DNA of 64,000 nucleotides from Macrostomum hystrix (Eukaryota; Animalia; Platyhelminthes). The notes beneath the pieces are model-generated. The model was given only the letters and a program-made list of their open reading frames with translations, had not been told where the DNA came from and did not search any database. Shown here piece after piece: positions 57,525 through 64,000 of this stretch. Within the stretch, counting starts at the first letter, position 1, and every line of letters starts with the position of its first letter. The position numbers and the translations under genes were made by a program. The stretch lies in assembly GCA_950097015.1 (NCBI GenBank), contig CATNEN010000025.1:3658001-3722000 (forward strand), read 5' to 3'.

Positions 57525-60500
57525 GGGATTTAGTAGGATTAATGTGGGATTTGGTAGGATTGATGTGGCATTTGGTAGGATTGATGTGGGATTCAGTAGG
57601 ATTTGTGTGGGATTTAGTAGGATTGGTGTGGAATCCAGCAGGATTGTTGTGGGATTTGGTAGGATTAATGTGGGATTTGGTAGGATTGGTGTGGAATCCA
57701 GCAGGATTGGTGTGGGATTCAGCAGGATTGGTGTGGGATTTGGTAGGATTAATGTAGGATTCGGTAGGATTGATGTGGGATTTGGTAGGATTGTTGTGGG
57801 ATTTGGTAGGATTGATGTGGGATTTGGTAGGATTGTTGTGGGATTTAGTAGGATTAATGTGGGATTTGGTAGGATTAATGTAGGATTCGGTAGGATTGAT
57901 GTGGGATTTGGTAGGATTGATGTGGCATTTGGTAGGATTGATGTGGGATTCAGTAGGATTTTTGTGGGATTTAGTAGGATTGGTGTGGAATCCAGCAGGA
58001 TTGGTGTGGGATTCAGCAGGATTGGTGTGGGATCCAGCAGGATTGTTTTGGGATTTGGTAGGATTAATGTGGGATTTGGTAGGATTGTTGTGGGATTTGG
58101 TAGGATTGATGTGGAAATTGGTAGGATTGATGTGGGATTTGGTAGGATTGATGTGGGATTCTGTAGGATTGATGTGGGATTTGGTAGGATTGTTGTGGGA
58201 TTTGGTAGGATTGATGTGGGATTTGGTAAGATTGATGTGGGATTTGGTAGGATTGATGTGGGATTTGGTAGGATTGTTGTGGGATTTGGTTGGATTGATG
58301 TGGGATTTGGTAGGATTGATGTGGGATCCAGCAGGATTGATGTGGGATTTGGTAGGATTGATGTGGGATCCAGCAGGATTGTTATAGGATTTGGTAGGAT
58401 GATTGTGGGATTTGGTAGGATTAATGTGGGATTTGGTAGGATTAATGTGGGATTTGGTATGATTAATGTGGGATTTGGTAGGATTGATGTGGGATCCAGC
58501 AGGATTGATGTGGGATTTGGTAGGATTAATGTGGGATTTAATAGGATTGATGTGGGATTTGGTAGGATTGTTGTGGGATTTGGTAGGATTGATGTGGGAT
58601 TTGGTAGGATTGATGTGGGATTCAGTAGGATTTTTGTGGGATTTAGTAGGATTGGTGTGGAATCCAGCAGGATTGGTGTGGGATTCAGCAGGATTGGTGT
58701 GGGATCCAGCAGGATTGTTTTGGGATTTGGTAGGATTAATGTGGGATTTGGTAGGATTGTTGTGGGATTTGGTAGGATTGATGTGGAATTTGGTAGGATT
58801 GATGTGGGATTTGGTAGGATTGATGTGGGATTTGGTAGGATTGTTGTGGGATTTGGTAGGATTGATGTGGGATTTGGTAGGATTGATGTGGGATTTGGTA
58901 GGATTGATGTGGGATTTGGTAGGATTAATGTAGGATTTGGTAGGATTGATGTGGGATTTGGTAGGATTGATGTGGCATTTGGTAGGATTGATGTGGGATT
59001 CAGTAGGATTTTTGTGGGATTTAATAGGATTGGTGTGGAATCCAGCAGGATTGGTGTGGGATTCAGCAGGATTGGTGTGGGATCCAGCAGGATTGTTTTG
59101 GGATTTGGTAGGATTCATGTGGGATTTGGTAGGATTGTTGTGGGATTTGGTAGGATTGATGTGGAATTTGGTAGGATTGATGTGGGATTTGGTAGGATTG
59201 TTGTGGGATTTGGTAGGATTGATGTGGGATTTGGTAGGATTGATGTGGGATTTGGTAAGATTGATGTGGGATTTGGTAGGATTGATGTGGGATTTGGTAG
59301 GATTGTTGTGGGATTTGGTAGGATTGATGTGGGATTTGGTAGGATTGATGTGGGATCCAGCAGGATTGATGTGGGATTTGGTAGGATTGATGTGGGATCC
59401 AGCAGGATTGTTTTAGGATTTGGTAGGATGATTGTGGGATTTGGTAGGATTAATGTGGGATTTGGTAGGATTAATGTGGGATTTGGTAGGATTAATGTGG
59501 GATTTGGTAGGATTGATGTGGGATCCAGCAGGATTGATGTGGGATTTGGTAGGATTGATGTGGGATCCAGCAGGATTGTTATAGGATTTGGTAGGATGAT
59601 TGTGGGATTTGGTAGGATTAATGTGGGATTTGGTAGGATTAATGTGGGATTTGGTAGGATTAATGTGGGATTTGGTAGGATTGATGTGGGATCCAGCAGG
59701 ATTGATGTGGGATTTGGTAGGATTAATGTGGGATTTGGTAGGATTGATGTGGGATTTGGTAGGATTGTTGTGGGATTTGGTAGGATTGATGTGGGATTTG
59801 GTAGGATTGATGTGGGATTTGGTAGGATTGATGTGGGATTCAGTAGGATTGTTGTGGGATTTGGTAGGATTGATGTGGGATTTGGTAGGATTAATGTGGG
59901 ATTTGGTAGGATTGATGTGGGATCCAGCAGGATTGATGTGGGATTTGGTAGGATTGATGTGGGATCCAGCAGGATTGTTTTAGGAATTGGTAGGATGATT
60001 GTGGGATTTGGTAGGATTAATGTGGGATTTGGTAGGATTAATGTGGGATTTGGTAGGATTGATGTGGGATTTGGTAGGATTGATGTGGGATTCAGTAGGA
60101 TTTTTGTGGGATTTGGTAGGATTGGTGTGGAATCCAGCAGGATTGATGTGGGATTCAGCAGGATTGTTGTGGGATTTGGTAGGATTGGTGTGGGATTCAG
60201 CAGGATTGGTGTGGGATCCAGCAGGATTGGTGTGAGATTCAGCAGGATTGATGTGGGATTTAGTAGTACTGATGTGGGATTCAGTAGGATGTGGGATTCA
60301 GTAGGATGTGGGATTCAGTAGGATGTGGGATTCAGTAGGATGTGGGATTCAGCAGGATTGGTGTGGGATTCAGCAGGATTGGTGTGGTATTCAGTAGGAT
60401 TGGTGTGGTATTCAGTAGGATTGGTGTGGTATTCAGTAGGATTGGTGTGGGATTCAGCAGGATTGGTGTGGGATTCAGCAGGATTGGTGTGGGATTCAGC

Positions 60501-60705
60501 AGGATTGGTGTGGTATTCAGTAGGATTGGTGTGGTATTCAGTAGGATTGGTGTGGGATTTAGCAGGATTGGTGTGGGATTCAGTAGGATTGATGTGGGAT
60601 TTAGTAGTACTGATGTGGGATTCAGTAGGATGTGGGATTCAGCAGGATTGGTATGGTATTCAGTAGGATTGGTGTGGGATCCAGCAGGATTGATGTGGGA
60701 TTCTG
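57525..60705. repeat. 21-bp satellite (GGGATTTGGTAGGATTGATGT), about 150 copies with recurring variant blocks
   Basis: Directly visible; unit length is a multiple of 3, which explains the 946-aa and 571-aa artefact ORFs. Confidence 0.97.
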
Positions 60706-61495
60706 CTGTTTTTCAAAACTATGACTGGACTGACATATTTAAAATAAAACTTTCTTTTCTTACAGCTCAGAGTGCTAAAATGCCATGTAATACTTCTAGT
60801 AGTTTTATTAGACTTTTATTTTATTTTTTTATTTCAGGTTTCGGAGGCATTCATGCGTAACCAATTTTAGCGCCCAAAACTGGAAAGTGCACTAAAATAC
60901 GCATTGCATGTAAAATTCGTAGTTATTTTTCAGCACAAATACCTCTTTCTACACCTTATCAGCTTTGTCTTGCAGACGAATTTAACAGCTCAGTTGGACC
61001 CCATTGCTTTGAAGAAAGGTGAGCAGTTGTAGATTGTAGCAATTTTTACAGATTAGAGTTCTACGAGTTCTACGAGTAGATTAGAGCTTCAGACTAGTTA
61101 CCCTGTGGTCCGAGGTTCGAATCGGGGTTCGCAACTGGCTGTAAATTTGGCCCCAACTGGTGAATTTTCTCTTATAATTCTATAAATTTCTGAGCAAGTG
61201 TAGTACCATTGCGTTTTGCCTGTTGGAGAAACTCTATGAAGCGCTATTTAAGCAGATCTAATTATATGTAAAAGTACCAGTTGTATCTGGTATGTGGAAA
61301 ACTATGTGGAATATATCTTTAAATAACTCTATCGTATTTGCATAGATTTGCGTCGTTTGTCACGTCTTAGTGTTTGCTAATTATTTTCTAATTTAGACTC
61401 TTTTACGATTAAGTGTGAGTGTGGCTGCAATTAAAGCCTGTATATGGTTGCCGTAAAAGTTAAAGGGAAAAATCTGTGCCACAGTCAGAAGAATC

Positions 61496-62400
61496 TGAGC
61501 AAGAGCATTAGCTAGAATCGAGGCAAGCAGAGAATCGAAGCAAGACACTCAGATGGAATCGAAGCAAGCAGAGAATCGAAGCAAGACACGCAGATGGAAT
61601 CAAAGCAAGAGCATTAGCTAGAATCGAGGCAAGCAGAGAATCGAAGCAAGACACTCAGATGGAATCGAAGCAAGAGCATTAGCTAGAATCGAAGCAAGCA
61701 GAGAATCGAAGCAAGACACGCAGATGGAATCAAAGCAAGAGCATTAGCTAGAATCGAAGCAAGCAGAGAATCGAAGCAAGATACGAAGATGGAATCAAAG
61801 CAAGAGCATTAGCTAGAATCGAAGCAAGCAGAGAATCGAAGCAAGACACGAAGATGGAATCAAAGCAAGAGCATTAGCTAGAATCGAAGCAAGCAGAGAA
61901 TCGAAGCAAGATACGAAGATGGAATCGAAGCAAGAGCATTAGCTAGAATCGAAGCAAGCAGAGAATCGAAGCAAGACACGAAGATGGAATCGGAGCAAGC
62001 AGAGAATCGAAGCAAGACACGCAGATGGAATCGAAGCAAGAGCATTAGCTAGAATCGAAGCAAGACACGCAGATGGAATCGAAGCAAAAGCATTAGCTAG
62101 AATCGAAGCAAGCAGAGAATCGAAGCAAGACACGAAGATGGAATCGGAGCAAGCAGAGAATCGAAGCAAGACACGCAGATGGAATCGAAGCAAGAGCATT
62201 AGCTAGAATCGAAGCAAGACACGCAGATGGAATCGAAGCAAAAGCATTAGCTAGAATCGAAGCAAGCAGAGAATCGAAGCAAGACACGAAGATGGAATCG
62301 GAGCAAGCAGAGAATCGAAGCAAGACACGCAGATGGAATCGAAGCAACCTGCGAATCAAAGCAAGCAGAGAATCGAAGCAAGATCCGTAGCTAGAATCCA
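61496..62400. repeat. 65-bp repeat built from three GAATCGAAGCAAG-containing sub-monomers
   Basis: AAGAGCATTAGC at 61607, 61672, 61737; rearranged sub-monomer order further right. Confidence 0.9.
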
Positions 62401-63268
62401 AGCCGTTCAGCAAGCTTAGCGAGAATAGCCAAGCTGCACTTTACACTAGCCAACCTTCTCACCCATGAACTTTTTCCCTCCCAAACGCAGGCAAGAGAAA
62501 ATGTTCTGCCCACTCACTTGCCAATTCGTGCTCAGCTACACCTTGGCGCGCTTTTCCCAGTTCGGGTGCTGGTTGGTGTATTTGTATTTGTTCAGGCCGG
62601 CAGAACTAATCCTATAAATATAATAGGATTATACTGGGATTGGATTGCAACAGCCGGTCTATCGGACCTTCAATATCGGCATAAGTGCATCAATGTGTCA
62701 AATAAAATACCCGTAGACTTTACAATTACTGACTATGGCAACAATTTGAGTCCACGTGCTCAACTGTAAAATTGCCACATGTTCCACCACCCCGCGGCCA
62801 TTCGCTGAGCTTTCTTCGAGTCCGTTTTGCTTTTAGAAGAGGCAGAGAGGGGGCGTGTTTTTGGCTACGCTCAAATTCTATAGAACTGGCTCTATCGGTG
62901 TGGTGCCTTTGGCTCGTTTTTGTTCTCTCTCTCTTCTACTAGGCAATTACTTGCAAAGCGGAGGGTGAGAAGGGGGAGAGGTGGGCCAGGGGTTCTCACA
63001 GACGACTCGCACAGCGGCACACAATCTGCAGCCAAGATTTCTCTCTCGTCTCTCCGGGCTAAAAAAAGTGGTGATTTAAAGCACTGGCCGCACACTGCCG
63101 GCGACACAAACCCTTCGGACATTCGGCTAGTTCTAAGAGCCTCACCGTCTCATTGCTCTTTCCGCACCAATTGAGTTTGGTGTCTTTAAACGAATCAAGT
63201 GTTTGATAGCAGCGGGTTTCAACATTAACCAAACACACTCTGAGCGATCCAAGGTTTTTTTCTGAGCA

Positions 63269-64000
63269 ATGGCGACTGGTGAAGTTGGCGACAAAGTTCT
63301 CAGTTCGCCCTCGCCGTCACCGTCGCCGTCGCCGCCACCGGGCCTGTCGGCGAGCCTCGCCCAGCGAGCCGAATCTCTATTCAGCCTGCTGGACACCGGC
63401 GGCTGCGGCTACCTCAGCCAGGCGGATCTGGCCCGCTGCTGCGGCGACGAAATCAACGTTGCCGACGTGTTCGCCCAACTGGACACGGACGGGGACGGAA
63501 GGATTGACGCTGCTGACTTCCAGTCGGCGATTGGACTACTCCTGACTGCGGGAGCGGCGACTTCGACGGAAACTGGCGAAGAGCAGCGCGAGTTAGAGGC
63601 ACAGCTGTGCTCAAAGTCCTTCTCGCAGGAGGACGGCTTGAACGCCGAGCCGCCGACTTCGCCGTCGCTTTTCGACGTCGATGACGAAGGCGTCGGCCAG
63701 CTGACCTGCCGAGACCAGGTTAGCGAGCTCCACCGACAGCTTGGCCGGCAGTGTCCGCAGCTGCTTGACACCTTCGAGCAGGTGATGGCCAGCGTGGCAA
63801 AGGATGTCACCGTGCAGGCGCGGGAGCGGCGCCAGCTGGAGGCGAGCTACCAGCGCGCCAGGGCTGAGAACGAGCGCCACGTGCGCCAAATGGAGGAGGA
63901 GGCCGAGGCGCAGATGGCCCGGATGGAGCTGCTGGCGCGGGAGCGAGAGCGGCGCCGCCTGGAAGAAGAATATCAGGAGCTGCTGCGCACGAAGGAGAGG
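63269..64000 (+). CDS. RASEF: RASEF/CRACR2A-like protein, N-terminal 244 codons (EF-hands plus coiled coil), running off the window
   Basis: ATG at 63269; EF-hand loops DTGGCGYLSQADL and DTDGDGRIDAADF, then QVSELHRQL..QLLDTFEQVM..QMEEEAEAQM coiled coil. Missing from the ORF track because there is no stop in the window; the Rab domain is not visible. Confidence 0.75.
   Translation, partial: MATGEVGDKVLSSPSPSPSPSPPPGLSASLAQRAESLFSLLDTGGCGYLSQADLARCCGDEINVADVFAQLDTDGDGRIDAADFQSAIGLLLTAGAATSTETGEEQRELEAQLCSKSFSQEDGLNAEPPTSPSLFDVDDEGVGQLTCRDQVSELHRQLGRQCPQLLDTFEQVMASVAKDVTVQARERRQLEASYQRARAENERHVRQMEEEAEAQMARMELLARERERRRLEEEYQELLRTKER

Noticed and set aside
57525-60705. Telomeric repeat
   Set aside because: The unit is a 21-mer without TTAGGG-type periodicity, and genes lie on both sides.
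57403-60860. 946-aa (GFGRIDV)n and 571-aa (NPTKSHI)n ORFs
   Set aside because: A 21-bp satellite open on both strands, with no splice or domain context; treated as non-coding, although translation cannot be formally excluded.
2071-62400. CRISPR-like interpretation of the regular arrays
   Set aside because: Units are head-to-tail with no unique spacers, there are no cas genes, and the context is eukaryotic.

Overview
Eukaryotic (metazoan) genomic window. GC-rich exons, poly-Ala/Gln tracts and abundant intronic minisatellites suggest a Macrostomum-like flatworm; this is inference only. Six host genes can be reconstructed from splice signals and reading phase: (1) pyroglutamyl-peptidase I (+, 205-1229); (2) a 4-TM MARVEL-domain protein (+, 3665-16664); (3) a 3-RRM CELF3-6/UNC-75-type splicing regulator (-, 45812-25450, at least 7 coding exons); (4) a TBATA/C4orf17-like gene (-, 57215-53341); (5) a single-exon secreted Gly/Tyr/Asp-repeat protein nested in the first intron of gene 4; (6) the N-terminus of a RASEF/CRACR2A-like EF-hand coiled-coil protein (+, 63269 to window end). 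The 12.3-kb MARVEL intron holds a stack of mobile DNA. A non-autonomous Helitron (4440-11388) carries an apparently intact hAT transposon (6145-10794, TIRs plus 8-bp TSD) and a hAT MITE (4677-4968). Next to it lies a decayed zinc-finger/tyrosine-recombinase (Crypton-like) gene. A deleted Buster/Charlie hAT and two inverted copies of a tRNA-derived SINE are also present. More than 20 mostly distinct minisatellite arrays (14-65 bp units) occur. Many sit within about 10-130 nt of splice sites, and several are built from donor, branch-point or acceptor motifs. CELF exon B lies in the loop of a long inverted repeat, next to a duplicated 3' splice site. Most long ORFs in the ORF track over repeats are artefacts. 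All coordinates were read by hand and may be off by a few bases at array edges.
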